Below the pieces are notes generated by a model, which worked only from the letters and a program-made list of their open reading frames with translations, was not told the origin of the DNA and searched no databases. Both the position numbers and the translations under genes were made by a program. Shown here piece by piece: positions 27,390 through 39,571 of a DNA stretch of 64,000 bases. Source of the stretch: Chrysomallon squamiferum (lineage: Eukaryota; Animalia; Mollusca); NCBI GenBank assembly GCA_012295275.1, contig CM022665.1:13640001-13704000 (forward strand), read 5' to 3'. Numbering within the stretch: position 1 is the stretch's first letter; the number at the start of each line of letters is the position of its first letter.

Positions 27390-28991
27390 GTGAGTAAAAG
27401 CCAGTGAGATGACAGATAATTGTTGTTTTTTTGTTTTTTTGTTTTTTTAAATAACAGAAAAATGAATAGTCAAAAAAGAAGTAAAAGTTCAAATTGATAT
27501 TATTTTTAATATTTAAACTGTTCTTCAGTGGTAATTTGAATTCTAAATTTTTAATTATTACTGTACTAATGAAATCTTTTTTTTTTTTCTTTTTTTTAAC
27601 ACTACAGTTCTCATCACTGAATTTTGGTTTATTAAAAATAGAAAATAAACTAGATTAATTTCTGTAAAATTTCAGTAGAGATATTTTGGTTCATGCCTGA
27701 GTCATGACAGATTAACAGGTTAATTAATATAATGAAGTCATTATTAACAATCTCCCAAACACAGTCTTATTCACCTCACCAGAGAAGCTGGTTAACATCA
27801 TAAAAAAATACAATCTGTTAACTTCTGTTTTGCATCATATATTCATAAACATGACAGCTTCATTTTGTAATCTAAAAACCCACTATTACACATATTTGAT
27901 AATATATGGCTCCTTTTTTTTTTCTCTCTCTCTTCTTTTTTTTTTTTCTCTTATTCATATTAACTGAAAAGGCTGGACCAGTTTTCCATTTTCTGCCTGA
28001 TACACCAGTTCATTAACCAGGGTTATCTCCCTTCCTTTATCTATGACCCATCAGAGCTTTTACAGATAATCATGTTGTTATTGTAAACATTTTCTTACAT
28101 CATAAGTTTTTATAAATTCAACACCAACCCATGGTGTACACTGTACTTTTAGCAGAATAGATGAATTAGTTTTCTATGTATTATCATCACTTTGTTTGAA
28201 GAAGGCTATTTGATTCAAGACAAAATATTGTACTTTATTTTTTTATTTATATACTTTGAGATTATTTCTCCAAAAATAAGTAGATATATGATCTTTCTGA
28301 TAAACTTGTGGTATCAAGGAAACTTCTGTTACATGCAGATGTCCTGTGTATGGTTAGGAGATACAGGGAGATAGTTCTGTAATTGCCCTTCATTAGGAAC
28401 AACTCACTGCACAGTTCATTACCAAGCTATCTACTGTAATACAAGATGATGGTGTCACTGAGTAATTGTACTCATTTCACCAGCTTGGGTCAGATTAATA
28501 GGCTAATCTATAGTGATAGTATTTTGTACTTTTTGTCATTTTATATTTATTGCTTTAATGTATCCATGATATTTTATTTTTCCCCCATCATTATTTAATT
28601 GAAACATTTACACCACTAATTAGATCTGTTTATGATTTTTATACAGATTTCCATGCATTAGTTCATTTTACTGGCTTGGAAAAATACGCTGTTATTGTAC
28701 AAATATCTGTACATAAATTAAAATTTATTTAGTTTGAAATTCTGTATGATAATAGTTTCTTTTCAGCATTTGTTTACTAGATTTATTATACATATTTTTT
28801 CATTCTTAAATATTAAATGTAGTCATTAAAAATATTTTTGATATTTTATTTAAATCAATTTTTTTTTTTTCAGATTTAAAAAATATTTCATACATTTCTT
28901 ATTTACATTTCTTATTATAACCATTTGTGGTATTTTTAATCCTTTTGCTGTTATTTTACTATAACAATACTGATTTTGTTTCCATCAACAG

Positions 28992-29570
28992 GGTGATGTG
29001 AAGCAGTTTTTGTTGGCCACACGTGGTGACAATGGTCAAAGAATTGCCCGAGTACCTGCACTGACTACAGGTCAGAAGGTGCGAATGTGTCACCAAGTTT
29101 CTCTGGGGATGGAACACATGTCCATGAATCGATTCGTGCATCGTGATATCGCAGCCAGAAATATTCTCTTGACATCACGTCTTGATCTTAAAATTTCAAG
29201 TCTATCACTAAGCATGGATGTGTATGCCAGCGAGTACTATCCCCACAATGGCAACCTCATACCACTGCGCTGGCTTCCACCAGAGGCACTGCATGACAAC
29301 TACTCCAGCAAATCGGATGTGTGGTCATATGGAGTATATGTGTGGGAGGTCTTCCATTTAGCAGACCTTCCTTTGAGATTGAAGAGTGATGAAGAGGTTC
29401 TCAAAGAGCTGAAGGCTGGTGAGGTTTCTTTAGATTGTTCCGAGCAGTGTCCATATGAAATAGTAGACTTGATACGTCGGTGTACCACTGAGCTTCCACA
29501 GGATCGACCTTCATTCAGTGACATTGTCATGTCATTGAGAATGCTCCATGACTCCATGCCTACTTTCTGA
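28992..29570 (+). CDS. PTK7: PTK7 last coding exon, pseudokinase C-lobe
   Basis: GDVKQFL...RFVHRDIAARNILL...LKISSLSLSMDVY...IPLRWLPPEA...SKSDVWSYG...RPSFSDI; DFG motif absent; TGA at 29568-29570. Confidence 0.96.
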   Translation, partial: GDVKQFLLATRGDNGQRIARVPALTTGQKVRMCHQVSLGMEHMSMNRFVHRDIAARNILLTSRLDLKISSLSLSMDVYASEYYPHNGNLIPLRWLPPEALHDNYSSKSDVWSYGVYVWEVFHLADLPLRLKSDEEVLKELKAGEVSLDCSEQCPYEIVDLIRRCTTELPQDRPSFSDIVMSLRMLHDSMPTF

Positions 29571-29672
29571 CTAGGCCCAGCAACAGCCACAACAGCAGCA
29601 TCATATGATGGCAGCTATGCTCAGATGCAGGAGCTATCATCTCCATCTGGTGCTGTCAGAGACCTAGTCTAA
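29571..29672 (+). other. Candidate stop-codon readthrough extension of PTK7 (33 codons after TGA-CTAG)
   Basis: TGA CTA G context; open in-frame LGPATATTAASYDGSYAQMQELSSPSGAVRDLV, then TAA TGA; GC content stays coding-like until the second stop. Confidence 0.65.
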
Positions 29673-30563
29673 TGAAGACAAATAATGTTATCTGTGATTC
29701 ATATCAGCTGTTTTGAGTTTTTAAAACTGAAGTTTTCATGTGGCCTTTCAAAGCCTAATAAGTCATGGAACAATGTTTGTGGGCAATCTCTTTTTGATAA
29801 AACAAGTGTTGACATCAAGGCCACAATGCAGATGAATACATTTCAATATGTAAGACATTTTCAGTGTTGTGGGTCAGTGTATTTTATACATTTTGTGTGA
29901 TGTTAAATAATTTTGGAATTTTTTTTAATGTACATTTCTCTATCACACTATGAAGCCATGCCTTGTTTTCATTATTTGTTTTAAAATTATTTTTTATTTC
30001 TCTGCCCCTATATGGAGGTAATTTATTGTCATTCTTAACAGAACAATTAGTAATGTATTTTAAAGACACTAGACATTCAATCAGTAGTGCTTTTTTTTTT
30101 TGAAATATGATGACTTGCATATATACATATATACATAAATTCATATATTAATACACAAATACACAAGCACATGTACATCTACAAACATGTGCATACAGAA
30201 CTCAAAACATATACATGTATGCTAATACATAAACACATACCTTGTAGTGTTTTTTTTTTCTTTTTGTGAATATATAAATTGAAATTTTATAGTTCTTCTA
30301 AGAAGAAGAAAATAAAAAGTGTGTTTTATATGGATTTTTAAGTATGATTTTTATATAATAACTGAAATCCACTTGCTCTGTACATAAGACTTTTGAAAAA
30401 AAAAGTGGGTGTTTTTATAAAAATGTTAATTTTATCTAACGTTTTGATTATTGCCCAGTATTTATTGTCTGCATACAATGTATGTGATGAGCAAGTATCA
30501 CGGTGTGCCGTGAGATGGTTCTGGGTTGGTGTACACTGCATATTTGCTTTGTATTGTCATTAA

Positions 30564-30800
30564 ATCATGTTTACCTAAAATGAATACATTCTAAACCCGA
30601 GCTAGATTCAATATGTCATTAGAATTGTTTTCTGATCATGTTTACTTAAAATTGATGTGTTCTAAATCAGGATTTGCTTGGTACTCTTTGTGCTGTTATT
30701 AGCAGTTTTCTGATCATGTTTACTTAAAATTAATATATTCCAGACCTAAACCTTTACTGATCATGTTATCTTACATTAATAAACTAGTATTCAAAAGCAG
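30564..30800. repeat. Degenerate tandem repeat, about 4 units with core TGATCATGTTTACTTAAAAT, in the presumed PTK7 3'UTR
   Basis: Core recurs at about 30565, 30633, 30711 and 30758. Confidence 0.6.
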
Positions 30801-31148
30801 GATTTAATTTATAAATAGTATTTTGAAATGTAATTGTTTTAATCAAACATGTTTTCTTAAGAGTATTACAAATTTTATTTTTTAGAACATGACTGGATTT
30901 TTTCTGTATTTTGGATTTTTTTTTTTTTTTTTAATATTTTGTTCTTCCATTATTTATTATTATTATTATTATTATTAAATTTTAATAACCATCGTGATCA
31001 TGTTTTCATCATGTATATAATTAAAAACTATTTAAAGACAAAATTACTTTTTAATGTAAATTATAATCAGATGTTTTCCATGAAAATATTTTTTTCACAC
31101 ATGCAATATCCATTTCTGTCTAATATCTGTTGACAATCACCAAAGTAA

Positions 31149-31180
<32 letters not shown>

Positions 31181-31591
31181 GGTGGTAGCTTGATATATTT
31201 TGTTGTTTTTAAACTTAAATGAATTCATCTTAACAGATCTGTTTAATGTTGTAATACAACTAATAGTAATATTTAAAAATGTACAAGAAATAAAACATTT
31301 TTAAAATTGCTGAAAATGAATAAAAGTTAACTTTAATTATATTTAATATCCTGGAATATATCTTGTAGTCCCCATGTCTTGGAAACTGATCATCTTTTTT
31401 AATTTTTGTTTATTAGAAATGTACAGATTTGAATGTATCTTATGCAATTTAATATAGATGTTTTATTAAATGTATACTGATGTTGCCTGTTAAAACGAGA
31501 AGATAAAAAAAGAAAAAAAAAATTTCATAACATTTTTCAAACATATTCCCTATTATTATTATCATTATTATTATTATTATTATTATTATTA

Positions 31592-32049
31592 CAGGTAACA
31601 AACCATTTATCCATTCCAGCAAGCTTGGGATTAGAGATGGTCTAGATTTTTGGATACAAGCTAACTTTTTATTTAAAATATAAAATCAGCAGTGAAGAAT
31701 AAACAATGAAACTGTATTTAACAGATACAAATTAATGTACTTCTAAAGCAGGGTCTTTTTCAACTTTATTAATTCACTTAAAATTCTTAAAATATATGTA
31801 TAGAATGTATATAATACAGAGCAAGTAAAATTTCTGCTAGTCTTTTTTAAACATGATAATAAATGCAAACAAAGGTAAACTGAAGCAATAACTTTTTGTG
31901 AGGACACCTGTACACAGCAACACTCTCACTTGAACTGGCTTCATAAAAACGAAAAGCATGCTTAATTCAAAAGTAGCCAGTTTAAAAAATAGTCGGTTAT
32001 CTTGATTTTCCCAATTTCTGGTGAAGCCAAATAAATGGTTTGGTACCTG
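31592..32049. mobile_element. Tc1/mariner-pogo-type MITE (458 bp) with TA target duplication
   Basis: TA|CAGGTAACAAACCATTTAT ... ATAAATGGTTTGGTACCTG|TA: 19-bp TIRs with 1 mismatch, next to a (TTA)n tract. Confidence 0.85.
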
Positions 32050-32087
32050 TATCGTTATTATTATTTATTAATTTATTTACTTACATT

Positions 32088-32118
<31 letters not shown>

Positions 32119-35100
32119 TATTTTATGTTTTAATTTTTAATATTTTGTTAAATATATACATCATTAGTCATTTGAAGTTTTTATTTTTAATGATTTATAT
32201 ATGAACTTAAATGGATTTCAAAACACATCTGAGGCTTGAAAAATGTATGTTGTGTAATATATTTGTTTATATTTAATACCTAATATGTTGGTGCTATGTT
32301 CAGTGTTGATCCCCCATTTAGTATACTGCTCACTTGTGATAACCCATGCTGGCTCCATTATTTCATTTGTACAATATTGAATGTTATTGCATAATAGAAA
32401 GTCCCAGATTGCCTAATTTGTATAGTGCTTCAAACTACTCTGATCTCTTCTTAATGTGTATATATTTACTTAAAAATGAGATGGCAGAGTATCCACTAAA
32501 AGAAAAAAGTCTTTTTTAATCTTCCATTTATTTTTATTTTTATGTGATTTAATTTTTGTTTCTCCATATTTATAAAATATTTTACTTTCTAATCTAGCAC
32601 ATTAGTATTTTTTTCTTTCTTTTTCAAGTTACAATATTGTTTATTCACTTATTCTTTTATTTATATTAGTATTATAAGTATCTGAAAAAATCAAACCATA
32701 AGTTTGGCATAAAATGTAGTTAAAATTTCATTCCTGATTTAGTTCTATCAATATTTTTTCTCTCTCTCTCTCTTGGTGGAGGAATTAACATTTAGATTCT
32801 TCACTGATCCTAATTATTAACTTTGTTGACATGGTTACTGCTAAACAGTCTTGTGAAATGAAGCTTTAAGTTGCCAGAAACTTCCTTTTCAAACAAGCTG
32901 CTAATCACCTATAGCAGAATTCTAACCACTAACTTCATTAACTTAAAATGTAATGTAAAATCATTAAAATAATAATAATAATAATAATAATTTATTATTA
33001 TTATTAATTCATAAATAGTTTCTCTGCTTCACTGAAACAAAAATTATTTCTTTCACAGTTATTAATTACTATGTGCATGTTACATGTATAACTGTGCAGA
33101 TCTATGCTTTGTGTAGGTTGCTACAGGATATATATATAAAATATCCCTTTAATTAAAGGAACATGTGATTTTAAAGTTTACTGAACTGCTTGCAACCCAG
33201 CAATGCATAATGTATTCTTGTTGTTTGTGCTTGTCTGTGAAAGTCTGTGCACTTTTAGATGTATATATTGCAGTACTTGAAATAAAATGGATATATTATA
33301 CGTGGATGTGTTCTTAATCCTTTTTATGTTAACCAATTTTGAATGATAATAAAGTATTTAAAATACTGACAAGATGTAGGAATGTTTTGTTTTTCAAGTC
33401 TGACATTACATATTAGTAAACAAAACTCCCTGATGAACTAAAGAAGAAGACACTTTGCAACACTTATTTTGTTTTTGGGGGGGGGGTAATTTTTTTTTTT
33501 AATAATGAAATGACTTAATATTTTATTAAATTTTGTTAATTAATAATTACCAGAAATGATTCAAATGTAATTGAAGTAAACAAATTAAATTTAGTTACTT
33601 TGTATATATTGGTCACATTTAAAAGTTCTAATGCTTATTTATAAATCAGAATGCATAAATTATCATATTTTATTAACTATTCTTAATTTTAGCACATACT
33701 TAGACTGAAATGTGCTGAAAACATCAGTCAGTTTAAGAAAATTGCTTTGTTTTTAATTTTTATCTTAAACAACAAATTATAACATCCACAAAAATACCAT
33801 TTGGCCCCCAAAAATATATAATAATATTTCAGTATAATAGGGCATATTTATTTTTCTTCTAGTAACTATTTAGAAACATTTGTAAATAAACTTGCATACT
33901 ATTTTTTTGGTTTCATTAAATAGAAGTAACTAAAAACAACAGAAAATCAGGTCATTATTACTTATATAACTAGATTAAATTGGCATTTATTTTGAAAACA
34001 TGTTTTATATTATTAAATTTAAGCTGCTTTCGGCAGTGTTGTTACATATTCTCATTTTGAGATAAATAAATACTGTCTTAGTTGATTTAAAGAGGAAGGG
34101 AAGATGATAGAAGGGACAAGTGTTCTGGGGCCAAAGCACACTAAATGGCCATTAAAATATTTACTTAAAGTGTATATAGTTAAAAAATATATAGTGAAGG
34201 AAAAATGAAATTTGGATGTATGAAGAATATATTTGATTTATTTCTTTGCATCATCAAATAATCATAATCAGTTACATCTGTAATGCAAACACACAATCCC
34301 AGATTTTAGAATCTACTAGAATGGCAGCTTGTAAATAACATTACAAAATTATGTTGGACACCTGCAGCTATAAAATTTAATAATAGTTTCTTTAATATTT
34401 CTATGAACAGTTATTTAATTGTGAAAGTTAAAAGCATTGTGGAAATATATAACTTTGATGTACTGACTGTTCATCTTATCTTCTTCAAGTTGTATTTAGA
34501 AATTGATGCAACACAATCATTATCTTTCTTCACTTTTACAAACAGATAAATTAAATATTCTTCATGGCATACTCAATTGTTGTGTAGCAGAGTATTTTTT
34601 TTACTTCACTGCCTGCATGACAAGTTGTGTTAGTAACTCAGTTTCTCATCAGTTCATACACAGCCACCAGGTAAATACATAATAGAGGCCAAATTTATCA
34701 TCTATAAAAATGTCTGCCACCTGTCACATCTTTAATATTTAAAAAAAAAAAAAAAAATATTTTGTCATGAACAATATACATATTACACAAAAGGATATAA
34801 AAACACATACATATAATTATTACACACGTTGCATTGTAACAGATTTTCTACTGTTAACATATACAAGTGAAGTAATAGATATCTTCAACTATTAACATAT
34901 ACATTTGTATATATGTGTGTATGTATGTGTGTCTGGGTGTATGTCTGAGTGTATGTATATATGCATGTATTTTATTTATTTTATTTGTTAGATATTTTCA
35001 GAATTTGTGTGTTTGTGTAAAATATTGGGTGGGTAAAAAAAAAAGTGACTGCACTGACTTTTTCATATCTGGTATCTTAAAAAAAAAACCACCAAAAAAA

Positions 35101-35219
35101 CAAACAAACAAACATACAAAAAAAAAAGCACAACATTTTATAACTTTATAAAACATTGCAAAGGTGGATGACAATACCACTCAGCCATCAAAGCAACTTT
35201 AACATTAAAAAGGTTGCTC

Positions 35220-35470
35220 AATGTATGTATGTGCTGGAAGGTATATGTGTGTATATATGTGACTATATATGTATATGTGTATGTACATATGTGTGTACAT
35301 ATGTGTGTGTGTATGTATGTGTGTGTATGTATGGGTGTATGTATGTATATATGTATGTATGTATTGTCTGTGTGTTGGGTTTCGTGTGTATGCGAGTCTG
35401 TTTTGTGCATGTGTTGTGTGTGTGTGTGTGTGTGTGTGTGTACATATGTGTTTGCATCTCTGTGTGTGTG
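35220..35470. repeat. Degenerate (TG/TA)n low-complexity tract
   Basis: Direct reading; explains the spurious ORF cluster at 35138-35551. Confidence 0.9.
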
Positions 35471-36354
35471 TTCTTGATGTTAACCGAGGCACAATACCAG
35501 CAACTATGTTACATTTGCATTGTGCACTGCCTTGTAGATGTCACTGAATGATAAACAATCTTTTTCAAGCTGATATGCTTTTGCTTTTTTTAATTTATTT
35601 TATTATTTTAAAATCATTATTATTTTTGTTCTGTTAAATACTTCAGTACTTTTAATCTGTCCTAATTGTATAAAACAGATTCTAAATAATAAACAACAAC
35701 AAAAAATAATTAAGAAACAAAGCAATATTTTCCACAATATTACATTTAATTCAACAGCCATTGCAACAACAATAAAACAAAGTTAAAATGATTGAAGACA
35801 ACTCTTTAACAATTTTTTTATGTAAAAAAATTAAACTGTGTACTTTTCCACACACACACACACACACAACACACTTATAATGTACACTCATACAATCATT
35901 ATACAAATTTGCAAATATAAAATATTTATATTCTCCATTCGTATGGTTAGTGTCCAACCTAGAAGATATTAAAATAGTCACTGTTGTACATGTTATATTA
36001 AACTTTGTTCCCTGTCCAAAATGGAATATACAAAAATATTTATTTCCTATTATTTCAAAGTCATTTACACCACCAAACAATAAAAATAAATGAATAAAAT
36101 ATAAATAAATAAACTGATTCATTAACAATCAAGACACGATTACATACAGTTTGCACTAATGATCGTAAGCTAATTTTCTGAGCATATATTCATGATTGCC
36201 GTATTTTCAGGATGCATGTTGGAACACTATCTCAACGTTAGAACACTTTACCAATGATGAATTTCGTCAAAATCATTTTCAAAATGTCTGTGCTGTCTCA
36301 AAAACATTAGGGAAAACTGGACGTAAGCAACAAGATAGGGACTTCATCAGTTAA

Positions 36355-36626
36355 TCATGTCGAAGAACTATAGCTCTGTTGTCCTAACATACAATCGCTA
36401 TCGTTCTGGGAGATATTGTTACATGGTGTTGAAACGTACTGATCTTCTGCAGCCTGGGTACATTTCGTCTGAATCAGCTGAAAATTATTTTCAGAAAAAT
36501 ACAGTTGAGGATAAGTCATCGAGTCCTGAATGTCATCCAGTTCTAAAAGTTCATTCAGTAGTTCTTCAAATTCTCCTGTTTCAGTCAATGTGGTTGCCAG
36601 GTTGGTGTTCATGAAATCAAAGGAAT
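36355..36626 (-). CDS. Uncharacterised acidic protein, last coding exon
   Basis: tattacag acceptor; DSFDFMNTNLATTLTETGEFEELLNELLELDDIQDS...YSSST*; phase 1 matches the upstream exon. Confidence 0.6.
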
Positions 36627-36664
36627 CTGTAATATAATATGAATAAATAAATAAATAGACAGAT

Positions 36665-36742
<78 letters not shown>
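36665..36742. repeat. (AG)n microsatellite
   Basis: Direct reading. Confidence 0.95.
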
Positions 36743-36747
<5 letters not shown>

Positions 36748-36931
36748 TGAATAACTTCTCATTTCTATTAAAAAAGCACGAATTAATGAAAATTAGGATA
36801 AAGATATACATTAATTTTAAATAAATAAGAATATATTTTTTTTCAAACTATTTAAAATTTTAATCCAAAAAAACCCCAACATATATATATATATATATAT
36901 AAACATACACACATACACATAATGTTCTTAC

Positions 36932-37247
36932 CAATAAAGCTGTAGAGGTCATTTAAATTCGTTTGCTCTTGTATCTTCTTCTCAGTCTTACAAATCACAT
37001 TATTGCAATCTGACATGGACAAAGCTTCAAGTAAGGCCATTTGAGAACTGGAAAACGGATCATACTGAATATTGGTTTCGATAAAAAGTGGCTCCATAAC
37101 TGACTGTTTGTAAGACATCGTCGACGTGTATGTATGTTTTCGTGGTACGTTTGTTTCTTTCAGCTTCTGGACTTTGTGACTGATGTTTCCAACGCAGTTT
37201 GCTTTATAACGCTGCTGTTCATCTGGGATGATCAGTTGTAGAAGCAT
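36932..37247 (-). CDS. Uncharacterised protein, first coding exon (ATG at 37247, or Kozak-favoured ATG at 37118)
   Basis: Open frame ...MSYKQSVMEPLFIETNIQYDPFSSSQMALLEALSMSDCNN...LYSFI ending at a G|gtaaga donor; CpG-retaining region. Confidence 0.55.
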
Positions 37248-38175
37248 CTCTGGATGGGCGTGGCGTAATCAATTAATTTCCAACAATAATCGATCATTCC
37301 TTGCTTATTTCATCTGAACCAAACCGTTTCTAAGAATTTTAAGCTGTTGTTTTCATTCAGTGATGGCAAACAATCCGACGTACTTTGCTTAGTTTATTTT
37401 AGTACGCTGGTAAAACAGTTATGTCTTGAAAATCAGTTTGTGTGTCACATTGATTGTAACATGAGAAAATGTAGGGAGTGGAGGAAAGTATCTGAAATTT
37501 CTTAAGGAGTGGAAAAAAAGAAGAAATAATAAATAAATAATATACCTGATTAAAGGAATATGTATGTGTCTGTGTTTTAAACAATGATATTGATAATTTT
37601 CTTCAAAATTCCTAAATTTAAATGATAATTCAATTTAAAGAATTAATTTAATTTATCCAATACATTCCAGAATGATTATTTTAAAAGATGATTATATTTC
37701 GACGAGAATGATCAGTCTATGAAACGGGTGTACCTCATACAGACTTTTCATAATTTTCTGTTTTTTTGACTGTGTGTGTTTCAAGTAATAAAAACAATCA
37801 ATTTATAATATGCATTTTCGGTGGACGGGATAGCACTTTCCAGCGGCTTTTCACAGAGAAGGGGCTAGAATGAGTAAAAACTTACTTACCTGCCCAGTTT
37901 CTGAAATGGTCTTTACTTCACACATCTGCAAGAACTATTTTTATTTTTAAATAACATGTGTTTTTTATCGTTGACCTCGGTTAAAGTTATATTTCTTTAT
38001 AACCTTTTTGAACTTTGCACTGAAATAGCTGCAAATGGAATTCCTTGAAGTAAGGAAATAACTTATAAAGTTATAAACCATTTAACAGAATCGCAATAAA
38101 GATTTGAAAAAGTCGATTTTGTAAAATAAGAAATTTTTGTAACTATAGTAAATGTAAAGTAGAATTTCGAAAATT

Positions 38176-38447
38176 TAAACGTTTTCAAACTTTTTCATGC
38201 CGCGACCCCTTATGAGCAACTCAATATGACCAATGACCCCATTTAAATGTTTTGATTCAATAATATTTAGGGTTACCATATTTTCATCAACCAAAGACAG
38301 TACAAAAAAAAAATCTATGTTCACTACAACAGGTCCCAAACCTATCTATACATTTTTATTTATTCTTCCTTCCAAGTCAAGTTGAAAATAACTAAAACAT
38401 ACCCTCACTCAAGAACGATCTCACGACCCCCAGGTTGAAAACTTATG
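38176..38447. mobile_element. Degenerate hAT (Charlie-like) MITE
   Basis: GTTTTCAAAC (38181-38190) and GGTTGAAAAC (38433-38442) inverted ends, with subterminal (C)GACCCC motifs typical of hAT MITEs. Confidence 0.6.
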
Positions 38448-39480
38448 ACTTAATCCCTCAAGTTATTTGAACCAAAACTACTAATTTACTCTGATTTTGG
38501 TTAAAGCATGTAGGCACCCAAGAAAATCTAGATTATAATAAACTTCTATAAAGCCTTGGTTAATATTTTTTTAGTCACCAGTTTCGAAACCTATAAAATA
38601 TACAAAGAAGAAAATGTACATATATCACAGGCGTCAAAACTGTAGTTCACTTTACAGTAACAAATAATATATTAGATATGCGATGATGTTAACAAAACTA
38701 AATTGGTAAATAAATGATCCTATTTTTATAGACATTATGACAGAGTTATTATTAAAATTTGAATGCAACCAAATACGGTAAACAAACAAAAATATGGATG
38801 CAAATTACTGCTTTTGACAAATATTGATACGAGAGTATTTTGATTTACGATTCTGGCTATACTTGAGCAGCTAATTTGAGCCCTTTTTCACATTATGCCT
38901 TTATTTACGATATTTTGTCGAAGATAAAATATACACTGCCGACAGACAATTTCAGAAGAAAAAGTTGGGCATCATTTGATCGCTGTCACATTTGCGATAA
39001 ATGAGATCCATCATAATTAAATGAATATATATATATTATTTGTTGTTTTGTTTTAATAAGTATATTAGGAGTTATCAGTTCATAAAATAAACAAATTAAT
39101 TAATGTTTAACTGATTCTGATGTCATTAAATCTGGTTACTGTAGAGCAGCATGTTTTACTCAGAGGTAATACTTAGATTAAAAAAAAAAAAAAAAAAAAA
39201 AAAAACTCTATAAGTTAAAACACGTATTATACAGCAAAAACAAATTGAAAATTAGTCATTCATATAAAATTAAAATTAAAATAATATTCTTCAACAAGCA
39301 TATTTTAATGAAACGTTTGTGATACAGATGAGGATTGCAGATACAGGTGTATGTGTAAAACAATAATGTAAAAAGTATTACAGAATGAAAGTACACTCCT
39401 TGCTCAGGATATCACGGTATTTACATGTGTGGGGCATAGCATCCCTGGTTGCATGTTTATTAACAGAAAAGTATAAGATG

Positions 39481-39486
39481 ATAATG

Positions 39487-39553
<67 letters not shown>

Positions 39554-39571
39554 TAATAATATTAATAATAA
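39481..39571. repeat. (ATA)n microsatellite
   Basis: Direct reading. Confidence 0.95.

Noticed and set aside
29568-29570. PTK7 TGA as a selenocysteine codon
   Set aside because: PTK7 is not a known selenoprotein, the position is outside any redox motif, and I could not identify a SECIS by eye; the CTAG context explains it better (SECISearch would settle it)
29300-29590. Antisense ORF over the PTK7 kinase exon (similar cases at 61804-62145 and 22594-22824)
   Set aside because: Shadow frames of real exons with no independent signal
35138-35551. Cluster of six overlapping ORFs rich in C/V/Y/M or H/T
   Set aside because: Translation of a degenerate TG/TA microsatellite
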